Assembly: GCA_002269645.1 (NCBI GenBank)
Contig: NIVC01000822.1
Location: 310,805-374,804, forward strand
Length of the DNA: 64,000 nt
Direction: 5' to 3'
Source: Macrostomum lignano
Lineage: Eukaryota
The position numbers were made by a program, and so were the translations under genes. Below are positions 1 to 11,460 of the stretch, one piece after another (position 1 is the stretch's first letter; each line of letters begins with the position of its first letter). The notes beneath the pieces are model-generated. The model was not told where the DNA came from. It made no database searches and worked only from the letters and a program-made list of their open reading frames with translations.

Positions 1-617
1 ACCCGAGCTGTTTCATAGCCGCAGTCGAGGAGCTCGCCGATTTGCACGTTGTATTGCAAGTATTCTGAGACTGTTTGATCCTTGAGTTGTCTCGTTTCGA
101 GGAGATACTCGAGGATCCGGGCGTTTGCCATGATCCACTGCCCGACGGACACCGCCTCTGGTTTCATGTTGCTGCTTTTGGCTCCTCGGAGCACAAGTTG
201 GCCCTCAGCGCGCTGGGCCAGGACGGCATCGGCCGAACGGGATGCGTCCCCGAGAAAGTCCGTGACGAGCATCACCTGTCTCTGTTGCCTAACTCTGTCT
301 ATTTGGGACTTCGAGCATTGGTCCTGGGTGGCCTCATTGTTAACAGCGCTGAGTAACTCACCAAGGTCTTCCGGGTTCTCAGATGCCGCCCGGTGGGGTT
401 CGAGATCCTCCGACGCTTGGGCCTCTCTCCTGAGTTGTCGCTCTTTTGCCTGGTTTTCCAGCAGCCGGATGCGCCTCTCTGCAGCTTGGATTTCCGCTTG
501 AACATCCAGGTCTGACGCCGCCTGCCGTCCTCCCGGGCCGCTCTCTGCTCTCTCGCTGGCCGTAGATGTTCGCGTCTCATCGGTGTCCTCATGGCGTGCC
601 GATCGAAGGCCATCCAT
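1..617 (-). mobile_element. gag-like ORF1 of a DIRS/Ngaro-type tyrosine-recombinase retrotransposon, running off the left edge
   Basis: Hand translation of an open minus frame from ATG at 617 to the edge (absent from the ORF track): MDGLRSARHEDTD...EIQAAERRIRLLENQAKERQ...KPEAVSVGQWIMANARILEYLLETRQLKDQTVSEYLQYNVQIGELLDCGY. The QWxxANARI...YLxYxVxIGEL motif resembles DIRS/Ngaro ORF1 (recognised by eye, no search run). Confidence 0.6.
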
Positions 618-1425
618 GAGGATTGCCTTCTTCCCAGAACTGGACAGACCATTTTCAGTGCTTGAAGCAACTGTAGCAGTACTGTGAAATTGATGAGACA
701 GGCACTGAAGGCAAAATTTTCTTTTTCATTATTGTACAGTACAGCCAGCTCGTCAGTATATATAGAACTTTTCTTCTTTTGCCTCGGTGAGGTATAGAGA
801 CGGGAAAAATTTGCGAAGCTTCCAGTCCAGATGCTATATAGAAAAGTCCCTGATCAGTCCCTGGCTACTGTCTCTCTCTGGACTGTAACTGAATAAATAA
901 TTTATCTCCCAAAGTTGCGGGTCCAAATATGATGTTCCCCACAACCCTCTAAAAGCTAAAGGGGCCAGCATGCAGCTCACAGTGCGTCTCTCTCTTCCCT
1001 TCATCTTCCTGTCTCTCACTACACAGGCTTCGCGCTAGGCTGTAAATTGTATAGCTCCTAATAAAACTAAAACTGACGCTGCGCTGGCGTGGGTCCCATT
1101 AAGTCAGAGTAAACGCAGAGGGGGAGAGGGGGAGAGAGAGACGCAGAGCAAACGACCAAAGAATTAATGGCTTAATGCAAATTCCCAATGCATAGAGTGC
1201 AAAATTCTTCCGACCCATCCTCACTAATACTTCTGGAGCCACCCTCGGTCCAGAAAATCGATCGCTAGAGGACGTTACTATGGTCCAGTTATATTATATT
1301 CTAGCGCTATCTTCTCTACCCTACTGCAGACAGGTTTGCTGTTGTTGCGTATATTTTAAAGCGCACTGCATGAGATGGTTTGACGTAGCGCAGCATCATT
1401 TGACGTCACTCTTGAGTTTGAGGCC

Positions 1426-1792
1426 TTTTTTTATTAGAGGCAGGGGGGGGGGGGTTGTGTGCATCCTAGCGAACTTTAAGCGACATAGGCACACAACCGG
1501 CGAGAGGCATTACTGCCCATTCCGCCGACTCCCCTGAGCAGGCATACAAGCGCACGGATACGTTCGCAGGCACACACTCACACAGGAGTGCACAGCGGCC
1601 CTAACTTTATATTATCGTTAGGCATGTACACTTCACTGCGCCTTGAGGGGTAGGCTGTCAAGACCGTTAATTGCACGAGCAGAGCCAAGCCGAGATTCCA
1701 ATTCAGCCCCAAAATAATGTAACTGCACTTGGAATCGAGCCTGGGTCGCTGGCACACCAGAGCCTGCGCTAGACCGCTGGGCTACGGCCCCC
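1426..1792 (-). mobile_element. tRNA-derived SINE, copy 1
   Basis: Minus strand starts GGGGCCGTAGCCCAGCGGTCTAGCGC (A-box-like) ... GGCTCGATTCC (B-box-like) and ends AATAAAAAAA. Flanked by an imperfect 15-bp TSD: CTTGAGTTTGAGGCC (1411-1425) / CTCGAGGTTGAGGCC (1793-1807). A second copy lies at 49226-49585. Confidence 0.85.
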
Positions 1793-2338
1793 CTCGAGGT
1801 TGAGGCCTGTCTGTTAGTTGCGGTATCTCACACGATAGATCTCTCAAACTCTCTGGCCGTGACTGTTAAAAACTACATGTAGCTACAACAGAATCCCGAC
1901 TATACGGACGGTCTTGGCTTCTCGCGATTGTTTATTCTTTCCGGTCTTAGGTTGTTAAAGAAATAATCAAGTCTAATAAATCTGAGGGTTAGACTCTAAC
2001 AAAAAACAGGTAAATGAGCCCTGTGGCTAAATTATCGCTTTTATTTAATTAAATCGATCTTCTCTCTCTCCAACTCTCTGACTCATCAACGCCTCACGCA
2101 CATCAACCCCACCCCAACACACTCTGAGACGGGGACCGCCAAGCGTACACCTGCGACGCTACATATAGCAGAGGGTCGGTACGCAGGCACTCCAAATCCA
2201 ACACATAGGTGAACTTGAGCCACGATCATTAAGACAAGTGCATGTAAACATTGAAACAATTGGGGGGGGGCTGATTTTGAGACCAAACTGCATGAGCTGC
2301 GGCGAAACAAAGCAGACTCTGAAGCAGACTCAACTGAT

Positions 2339-4042
2339 TTGCTCAACTCTTCTCTAAAACTAGATTCTGAGGCTACGCCGCCTCTTGAGTACGAGTTGCA
2401 AATGGACCAGACGTTCTGTGATCCAGTGCACCAAGTTCGGAAAATGGAGTTCGGACGCGATAGTTTCTCCGGATTTGATGAGAAAGTGATTATGATCGTT
2501 GGTGAAACTGGCTCTGGAAAAACTACTCTGATCAACTCGATGGTCAACTACATCTTCGGTGTGAAGTACGAAGACCCGTTTCGCTTCAGAGTCGTTACAG
2601 ATCCAAAGGAAAAGAAACTTAAGACATTTCAGTCAATGAGTCAAACTCAATGGGTCACATCCTACACATTTCACCATCGCGATGGCTGTCAGCAACCTTG
2701 CTCGTTGACTCTGGTGGACACGCCAGGATTTGGTGACACTGGCGGCATCATGAACGACAAGAAGATTGTCGACCGAATCAGAGAGTTCTTCTCTTGTCCA
2801 AGTGGCATTGATCACTTGGATGCTGTGGGCTTTGTGGTGCCTTCGAGTGTCGCCAGACTGACGCCAACGCAGCGATACGTTTTCGACTCGATCCTCTCTC
2901 TGTTCGGTAAGGATATTGGCGAAAACATCTACATGCTAATCACATTTGCTGATGCAAATATACCTCCTGTACTCGAGTCCCTTAAGGAAGCGAGGATCTG
3001 CTACAATTTACACATCAAATTCAACAACTCTGCTGTATTTGCCAAGTGTCAGGAAATGGACCAGACGAGCCAAATGTTCAACAGAATGTTCTGGGATATG
3101 GGAATAAACAGCTTTCAAGGATTTTTCTCCCACTTGATGAAGATTACGGCAAAGAGCCTGACCCTGACCAAAGATGTTCTGAGTGAGCGACAGAGACTGC
3201 AGACTCACTTAATTGCCATCAAGGCGGAGATCGATCAAGGTCTGAACAAGTTGAATCAGCTGGAGCGCGAAATATCCGTTATCAAGGCTCACCAGTCAGA
3301 TTTGGACCGTAACCGCAACTTCACATACACAGTGGTGGAAGACACAGCAGTCTGCCAGCCGATTCCTTCCGGAACTTACATCACGAACTGTCTAACGTGC
3401 AACAGGACGTGCCACTATCCATGTGCGTTATCCGACGATGCAGACAAAATTCACTGCGTGGCGATGAAAGATGGCCATTGCCACGTGTGCGAAAGTGGTT
3501 GTGTATGGTCAGTCCACAAGAACATGATATACAAATTTGTTATTACTCAGCAAACTGTTACAAAGACGTCGGATGACCTGAAAGGTCGCTACACCGATGC
3601 GAAGGGGAAACTGCTGTCGGCCAAGCAGCTGGCGCAGCGGGTGTATGAGGAGTACCTCGGGATGAAGGCCAACGTGATGCAGCTGGTCAAGGAGAGCAAA
3701 AAGTGCATCGGGCGCCTGCAGCAGATCGCTCTGAAGCCTGACCCTCTGAACGAGGTTGACTACATTGACAAGCTGATTGACGCCGAGCAGATGAGCAAGG
3801 ATGATGGGTATCGCGACCGAATCCAACAACTGCTGGATATTCGAGAGCTCGCTGTCCGAGCTGAGAACCTGAAGAAGGACGAGCTGCTGAATGTACTGCT
3901 GCAGAGCGAAACGCGAGTTTACCGCAGGTACGAAGAGTTTTTTGTAAAGCCGAGCGCCTCTGGCATCACTGCGCACCTCCGAGGCGGCTTCAAGAGGCTG
4001 AAGCGACTGTTCTATGAAGGTGGCGGCCACTCACAGGCTTAG
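2339..4042 (+). CDS. Septin/AIG1-like P-loop GTPase with Cys/His-rich module and coiled coil; lacks the N-terminal domains of its paralog at 17608-21217
   Basis: 567-aa ORF with G1 GETGSGKT, G3 DTPG, G4-like TFAD and the Cys cluster CLTCNRTCHYPC...HCHVCESGC. First in-frame ATG is at 2402; the true 5' end is unresolved. Confidence 0.8.
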   Translation: MLNSSLKLDSEATPPLEYELQMDQTFCDPVHQVRKMEFGRDSFSGFDEKVIMIVGETGSGKTTLINSMVNYIFGVKYEDPFRFRVVTDPKEKKLKTFQSMSQTQWVTSYTFHHRDGCQQPCSLTLVDTPGFGDTGGIMNDKKIVDRIREFFSCPSGIDHLDAVGFVVPSSVARLTPTQRYVFDSILSLFGKDIGENIYMLITFADANIPPVLESLKEARICYNLHIKFNNSAVFAKCQEMDQTSQMFNRMFWDMGINSFQGFFSHLMKITAKSLTLTKDVLSERQRLQTHLIAIKAEIDQGLNKLNQLEREISVIKAHQSDLDRNRNFTYTVVEDTAVCQPIPSGTYITNCLTCNRTCHYPCALSDDADKIHCVAMKDGHCHVCESGCVWSVHKNMIYKFVITQQTVTKTSDDLKGRYTDAKGKLLSAKQLAQRVYEEYLGMKANVMQLVKESKKCIGRLQQIALKPDPLNEVDYIDKLIDAEQMSKDDGYRDRIQQLLDIRELAVRAENLKKDELLNVLLQSETRVYRRYEEFFVKPSASGITAHLRGGFKRLKRLFYEGGGHSQA

Positions 4043-4234
4043 ATGGGTTTGGCGCGCTAACATTTTTTGTTAAATGCGCTGTCATGTTTTTATGTTTCTG
4101 CAAATTGTAGCTGTGTTTTTTCAGTGTCATTTTTTCATACTCTCAATGCTAGATTAGGTTAACTGAAACAAGAAATTTTTTTTATTTTTTCAAATATTAA
4201 CGTACTTTTTGTGCGCGAAGTTCCTATAAAGTTC

Positions 4235-6090
4235 CTATTCTGCGTCCCGGGTTGCAGAAACAACTATAAAAGCAACAGCATTTGCTTCTTTATTAAAAAT
4301 GCTTCATTGCCAGACCAAGTTGCTTCAAGCTCCTTCAAGCCGAGCTGCAGAAGGAGATATTTACAGCAGCTCATGATCTTCGCTTATCTTCTGTACTCCA
4401 CCCGTGCTTCGGCTTATAAGACGATACTGGAGCAGGATGTCCTCTGTTTTCCATCTGATCGAATCCTTCGGTCTGTTTCAGCCAAAGTTGGTTCAAAGAA
4501 AGTTCTAGACATCGAAAGATACCTTCAGTTGAGAGCATCGAAGCTATCCCAGTTTGAGAAGACTGTCACACTTGTAATTGATGAGATTTACATCGCCAGC
4601 CGGGTTGAGTACAGCAACGGTCAAGTAACTGGACTGGGCGAATATGGTGCTGTTGCTTCAACGATCTGCTGCTTCATGATGAACTCTGTAGCTGGGCCAT
4701 ACAAAGATATGGTGGCGATGCATGCGGTGGCAGCCTTGACGGCAAAGAAGCTGACTGAATGGTTTCAGCAAGCCATGGATATGCTGAGAAGGCTGTCGTT
4801 TACCGTTATTGCCGCTGTGAACCGCAAATTTGTGAAGGGATTGTGCGGCAGTAGCTTCAACCCATCATTTCTAGATGAAGTAACCGGCCAGCCCATCTTT
4901 GTTTTTTTGACCCGGTGCACAATTTGAAAAATATCTACAACAATTTTCAAACTCGGGGAGTCTTCAGCTTTCTTTCGACTCCACTTCTGCCTAATGCTCG
5001 AGAAGCTCGTTTTGAGCACATCGTTCAACTCCACGAGCTGGAAGCATCGATGCCGCTGAAGTTAGCACACAAGTTGAACCTGACAGTTCTGAGTCCGAAG
5101 AGCATCGAGAGAACTTCTGTTCAAGTTGGCAGTTGATGTCTTTAATGACGCTACTCCAGATGCACTTCTCTATTACTCAGAATGGCGAGGCAAGGCCTGG
5201 AAAGCTACTGCAGACTTCATTAGCATAGTACTAAAGCTATGGACTGGAAGCTGCAGTTTCTCCACGAGTTTGCCGTTTTCCTGGACGAGTGAGAAGCATC
5301 AGCATTGGCTGGCCTGTCCAAGAAGACTTTCCTGGCATATAGAGTAACTTGTCGCGCTCTGGCTGCCTGTGCCATGCGCCTGCTCGATCGACAGGGCTTC
5401 GCCTACGTGCTCCTTGGAGCACTCCAATCGGACTGCATTGAGCGGAGATTTGGGTGGCTTCGCCAAATGTCTGGCGCCAACTACTATATTTTAGCTCGGC
5501 AAGTCAAGGAGAACAGCAGAAAGATCTCAACTGTTAGTTTGTTGAAGTACTCCAAGTTTTCCATAAAGGAGATCGACGACGCCTTTGACAAACCTAGTGA
5601 ATGTAGTCGACCCAAGGAGCTGGTCAGCTATCTGGCCAGTTTACTGGAACTGGATTGCGAGCCCCAGCAAGATGATTTTACTGTTATTTACTGCGTTATC
5701 GCTGCAGTTGGTCGAAATTTTTCGCGAAACCGAGCATGCGAGTTGTGCAAAGGCATGCTGCTGGATCCGAAGCTGCGTCGCCGCTAGAAGTTAACTGGGT
5801 TCCACCTCAGGCATCTGCATTCATTGACCAGATCAACCGAGGCGGTCTTTGCCAGCCGACGGAGCTTGTTTTTGCGTTGGCCACTCACTGCTGGAAAATC
5901 TTGGAAGAAGTTAAAAGCAAGGAGTCACTACGCAAGGAATTCCTGCACGCCCGACAGCAGCAACAAGTCTTCTGTGGACTCTTTGATGAGATGACAGACG
6001 ACCCCAAGTTTCTGGAGTGCTTTGCACATCTGACCACCTGCACAAAAAGGAGCAATCCACAACATCCAGTCAAGCACCAGGAGGAATAGG
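4235..6090 (+). pseudogene. Degraded P-element/THAP9-like transposase
   Basis: Truncated THAP start CVPGCRNNY, then LVIDEIYI (first catalytic D region), HNLKNIYNNF, LAHKL...PKSIERTSV and LQSDCIERRFGWLRQMSG (catalytic E region), spread over several frames with stops. TIRs not found. Confidence 0.8.
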
Positions 6091-6169
6091 GACGGCACAA
6101 ACGTCTATCTTCCTTAAGCACCTCAGAGGATGTCTCAAAGAAATCCGACACGCCGTCCAGTGTAAGCAC

Positions 6170-6400
6170 AGCAGCGCTCGCGCGTGCCTTGGTACAGCGT
6201 CATGACAGTGAAAATCAGCTGCTCTGGCACGTTGTTCGCACAAAACACCATTGGGAGCACGGCCCTCACGACCGAGTCGAAAGCTTTTCTGAAGTCAATA
6301 AAAAGAGCAATCAGGCTCGACTGGTGGGTCCGCGCTTCCTCGATGACTCGGCAAAGGTACCCCCTCAAGCTACTGAAAAGAGGCCAGATACGAGCTACTT
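6170..6400 (-). mobile_element. Non-LTR (RTE-like) reverse transcriptase fragment
   Basis: LIALFIDFRKAFDSVVR matches the non-LTR RT motif F(V/I)DFxKAFDSV. Confidence 0.7.
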
Positions 6401-9400
6401 CGTTAAGGCTACTCCCTGGTAAACTGGTTCAAGTAGCCTCTCACGCAGTCAATCAGCTAGAAATCCGACTGCCAGTGGCCAAAGAATCCCGAGACCTTCA
6501 GGCTTGTCACTTAAGGATCATTCAACTCTTGTTGATGATCTACGAGTAGCAGTTGATGCCGAAGATTATGTATTCTAACTTGATACGAGCGCGTATGACT
6601 CGATGGGGTGAGATGTCTCAATCCAGGGGAAGAGGAATCAACAGATGCTGGAAAAATGTCGCTCGATGAAAAACCCACACGTTTCTCGAGGGTTCCGAAA
6701 GGTGAATTTCCGAGTAGGATAAAATCTTTTCCGAGTAAGATATCGCAGCTTTTGGCTCGCGATTTGTCATACCGGAGCACACCGGTTCTGATTGGCTGAG
6801 CATGTTGCCACCCAAACTTGAAATGCCAAAAGATTTTATCAAGTCCCTTAAAAACCCTAAAAAAGTGCCATGAATCACCAACTTTTATTCAAAATGAGTT
6901 TCTATACAAGTTTCAGCAACATCAAATCGAAATTGACATTTAAAAATAAGAATCAAAAGCAGTGTGGAGATTGCAATAGAAATATCTGCAAGAAGATTAG
7001 GATTAAAACTACGAGCTAATATCGTTGTAAATTTAGGGAGGGGGAGGGCAGATGCGAAAATATCGAATTTAATTGATGGTCTCATGTCAAAAATTATAAA
7101 AAAGCGCGAATCACGTGGTTTTACCAGACTATCTGGCGCCTTACAGACTCACAGGCCCGCATGCTATGAGACCAGGTGAACAGATAGGTCACTAGAAAAG
7201 AAGAGAAGAAGCATTTGGCATTTCAGAAAAACATGCAAAGTGCTGTGTCAAATCGGGCGCATAATCACTTTCTGAGGGTTCCCCAGTGCGCAGGGCCTGA
7301 TAGGATCTCTCGGCCTTTCGGGCCTGGAGCCCAGCCAACCAGAATCTACATGTACGTGTTCCGCTAGCTATAACAAATCGCGAGTGAATTGATTCCTTTT
7401 CAAACTAAAGATACTTTCTACTCGAAACTCAACCTTCTCCTGCTCTCGGTTTTCACCTCCAGTCCGGCTACCACTTCCCCGTCGTGTGACAACAAATTAG
7501 CAAACACCACTTCGGTGTCAACTTCTAGAACTTCATCGAAAGTCGGCTACCTATTCAGGATTCTTTGGCCAACCGGCAGTCTGATTTTCTGATGGGGGAC
7601 TACTGGGTGCAATGAGCACTCTTTATCTGGCCCCGTTTTCAATAGCCTGATCATGGGTATTGCACTTTGTTTGTTTGCTTTTCATTTGCTGCACTTCCAA
7701 TGCAGAAATCCAGTGTTTACGAGCGCACTACTGAGAGTAGCTTGTTCGCTCTGTATCAGTTTATATTAGGTTAGTTCCAAGTTTTGTGAAAAGACATATC
7801 TCATCAAATTATTTATTTTTGCCTTCTTTATTTCATTCGCAATGCGAGCTCAGATGAGCAGCTAAGCTCAAGGGTGGCCAGGTTGTAATAGACCGAACGG
7901 TAAAACAGGATCCAGTGTGATCAACCAATCATTTTTAACCAGGATTCAAGCCACTGACAGTCATGTGCTTTGAAGAAGATAAGCGGCTTATTTAATGTAA
8001 TAATTCACCTGCAAAGGGTCTCAGCGGGTCTCAGAGGGTTTCAGAAAGTTTTTAGTCGCATTAAGGACTAGAAGCTAGCATATACAAAGGTGATATGATA
8101 ATACATTCCCCGACCCTGTAGTCTCGCCTTGCAAAAACCCCTTGCAAAAAGCTCTCTCTTTCTCCATACACGGTCAGTCCCAGCAGTATCCGTTCTATGA
8201 CTTCTAAATTAACCGGTTGGCTTGTATATTATTTGAGTCTTGAGAGCCCCGTAGTCGCAAACCCGATTTTGAGAGAGCTAATTTAGTTAGCTTTATCTCC
8301 GGATTATCTGATATCTACCTACCTTTCCGATTCTCCCCGCTCGCTTCTCTTTGTCTTTTCTTAGCTATCGGACCCAATGAGCTGCTATCTTGAGGCTGAC
8401 CATCTGTCAGGAGTGGGAGGCCAGAGATTAGGTGATTGATTTCCACGACAAGCCTCTCATCAAGGGCTGTAAAATGCCGTACCCATCATAATGTTGCGCA
8501 TTTGAGACTGCTTTTATTTTTAGTATATTGAGAAAAGTGCATTAAAGAGATAAGAAAAGGCTTCAAAAAATCTTCTCTAAGGAAAAGCTGTCTCTATCGC
8601 TGTTGGCGTATCTAGTTGCGTAGGTATTTTAAGGAATGATATTTTTTTCACAGCCTCCTCCTAATCGTACATAAGACTGTTATTATTACTAGCGCGTTGC
8701 TAAGTGAAGTTAGGTCGGTCCGAGGAATGTAAAATTATATCGGTTGCGTTTGAACAGTTTTAGGAGAGAAAATATTCTATTAAATGGCCATTTTCTGTCC
8801 CTCTTGTTCTGCCCAACGTGCATCTCAGTTTTTTGGGTCTATCTCTCGTTTGTCAAGCACCCGGATTTTAACTTTGAAAAGGAATCTTCGGCTGCTGGAC
8901 TGGAGGTCTTCGAATGGCAAGGACTACTAAGACAGACTAAGTGTTTTTGCGCTTGATATTGCTGCTACTGTCTGCATATGGCTCTCAAAGGGAGTGGGGT
9001 GTGCTGCTTCTGTGCAGCTACTTCTATTTGGTCCGTTTCAGGGTGCTCGAAAAACTCTGGACTGGAAACTTCTTCGCTAGCATTGTCTCAATCTATTCTA
9101 TATACCCTTTCAGTGTAGACTGTAGGCTAGATTCTCTTCTTTAGTTTTTTCTGCCCGAAGGTTTACCGCAATTTTGTACTTTTGCTGCAATTTTGATCAA
9201 TAGCTGCCAGAATTTAATATTGTACAGTCATGTGTTTTAGATTTTTTCAAATCCAAAACAATGTCTTCAGACGTCAGGCGAAATGATAAAAAGACTCATC
9301 TGCCACTCCCTCTCAGTCCTGAGCCAACAGACTCATCTTTAAGCTACCCTATTATTTTGGATCAAAAACAACGTGCATACGAGCTAAAAAGTTCAACTGA

Positions 9401-9927
9401 CTGTTAAAATAAACAAAAACTTGGGCCGAAAGCCGGCACGCGAAGGTGTATTCAGCACGCCAGTGAAGTATGAGACAGACCAGGCCTATGGGCTACGGTC
9501 TGCGATGCTTCACGCCTGCCCCTATCTTCAGCAGGTCAAGGCTGGTGGGAGGTCTGCACCCGCTATTTGCCGCTGGCAGCCGCAGACTCCCCCACGCTGT
9601 CTCGCAAGTCGACCCAGGGGTACCCGTCCCCGCGTGTGTTCAAGGCAGACCCTAGGGGGCTGCTGGACAGACTGGGCTCCGGCGCTGGCGACCCTATCCA
9701 GTGGCTTCGGCCGAATTTGGGTATGCGGGTCTGGCCCGCCAGCCTGCAGGCCATGGTGCTGCTTAACGTACCCTCTAATGCCTAAGGTGTTTGACGGTGC
9801 CGATGGGCTGGAAGGCCGGGGAGTAGTCCGGTCGCTAGCGGTCCTTTTTTCAAACCGGCTGGCTTGAGGTGTCGGCCAGTCGGGTACTCAACTCGCATAA
9901 CGAGTAGCCCTCCCCCGCTTTTCAGCT

Positions 9928-11458
9928 ATGGCCACTTTTGCCACCATTCCTAAAGAAACTGACCCGGTCGCCTCTGGCCCACCGAGATCAGCCGCTCCGG
10001 TAGCTACCACTTGTAGCTCCAACGCCCAACCTGGTCCAACCGGGCCAGCTGACGCTGCCGCCGATCACCCTGGCCGCCACTCTAGCCGACCGCGCACGGC
10101 CGAGTCCCGACGGCAGCGAAACATCCGCCGCAACCGTAAGCGGCAGGAGAAGCGGGCTGCTGTTGCGTCCGCGGAGGGAGGGCAAGCCGCGGTGAGGCCT
10201 TCGGGAGCCACCGCAGCGGGGAGGCCCTCTGGGGAGTCCGGTGGCGCGGCTGGGCCGTCAGGAACCGCCGTGTCCTCGGACTCTCAGGGGGGCAACCCTG
10301 CCGGCCTACCGCCTTCCAAGGACAAAGCGGCCCCGCTCAAGACCTCCAAGTCCTACGCCTCCAAGGTCAAGCAGCCGCTGCAACCCGCCGTGATGATCCT
10401 CGGCGGAGATTTTGACCTGACGCCCGAGCAGCTCGACGTCGCGTGGGCACCATCGACGAGGGCTTGCTTGCTCAACCTAACCCTGGAGGGCATCTTCGTG
10501 GACATCATCAAGTCCACCAAGGCGAACGGGTGCATCCTACTGTGGTGCAAATCCGAGGAAAGCACCCAGCTCCTGCGGGATCAGCTGCCCAAGTTCGACT
10601 GGCACAGCGACCTGGGCCAGCTGACCTTCGCCTTGGAGAGCGAGCGGCCGAAGACCATCCGCCATCGGATTTGGGTCCCGGCCGACAGTGCAATCAAGTC
10701 CGGGGAGCAGCTGCGGCAGCTCCTGCTCAAGCGGCACCCGGATCTCGACGCTAGTGGTCTTGTGTACCACAGCACGGTCCGCAAGGGCACGATCGGGGCC
10801 ACAGTCATCCTCGGCCTGACGGAGGGATGGGCCAAGCGGCTACCGCACGGCACAAACCTCCACCTTGGTCTCCATCAACTGACCATCCTCCGCTGTGAGG
10901 AGGGCAACGGAGACCAAGAACGGCGGGAAGCGCGCCGCTCCCGGAGTTGGGGCTCAGGCCCCGCCGGCCAAGCGGCAGCAGCAACCCGATCCCGAACCTA
11001 ACAAGGCTATTCGCGCTGCTGAATCCGCCTCGCGCGGACGTAGACCCGCCCGCAGTAACCGGCGGTCCGGGCTAATCCAGCGCGCACTTGACGAAGCTCA
11101 GTCTCTCAGACTTCACCTCGAGCAGACTCGTGCTGCTCGCAAAAACACCGAAAGCCAGCCGAGAGAACTGGACGACGGCATGGCTCAGCCTTCCAACTGG
11201 TGGGATTACCACCAGGAGGACGCTGCCGGCCGAGCTCAGACTCCCGACGGCGGGGCGCAAGGCGAAGGCAGCAGCCGTACCCCAGTCGCTGGGGGGGAGG
11301 GTGGTGTAGCGCGGCTAGGTGACTCACCTGCCGTGGGCGCCCATTCCGCCTCCGCGGCGGCTAGGGAGGCGGCTGAGCCTGAGCCAATGGAAATTGGCGA
11401 CTCAACTCTCACCGATGAGGCTGAGAATGAGTTGCTTTTCTCCTCCCCTGGACAGTAG
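9928..11458 (+). pseudogene. LINE ORF1 (DUF4780-like core, as in Loa/R1 elements), one frameshift near 10900
   Basis: ORF 9928-11001 overlaps ORF 10895-11458, which stops 2 nt before the ORF2 ATG at 11461. Confidence 0.75.
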
Positions 11459-11460
11459 AC

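Noticed and set aside
3008-4030. Antisense ORFs over the GTPase, LINE and Ig genes
   Set aside because: Shadow ORFs of GC-rich coding sequence, with no motifs.
4050-6900. Terminal inverted repeats for the P-like element
   Set aside because: Candidate CATG-starting ends (4083, ~6872) do not match each other; boundaries left undefined.
7190-7200. CACTAGAAAA as a CACTA TIR
   Set aside because: No convincing partner TIR with a matching TSD (only ATTTCTAGTG near 21700) and no transposase.
6450-7600. ~30-bp inverted similarity between 6455-6490 and 7558-7590
   Set aside because: Too short; best explained as remnants of decayed LINE RT fragments.
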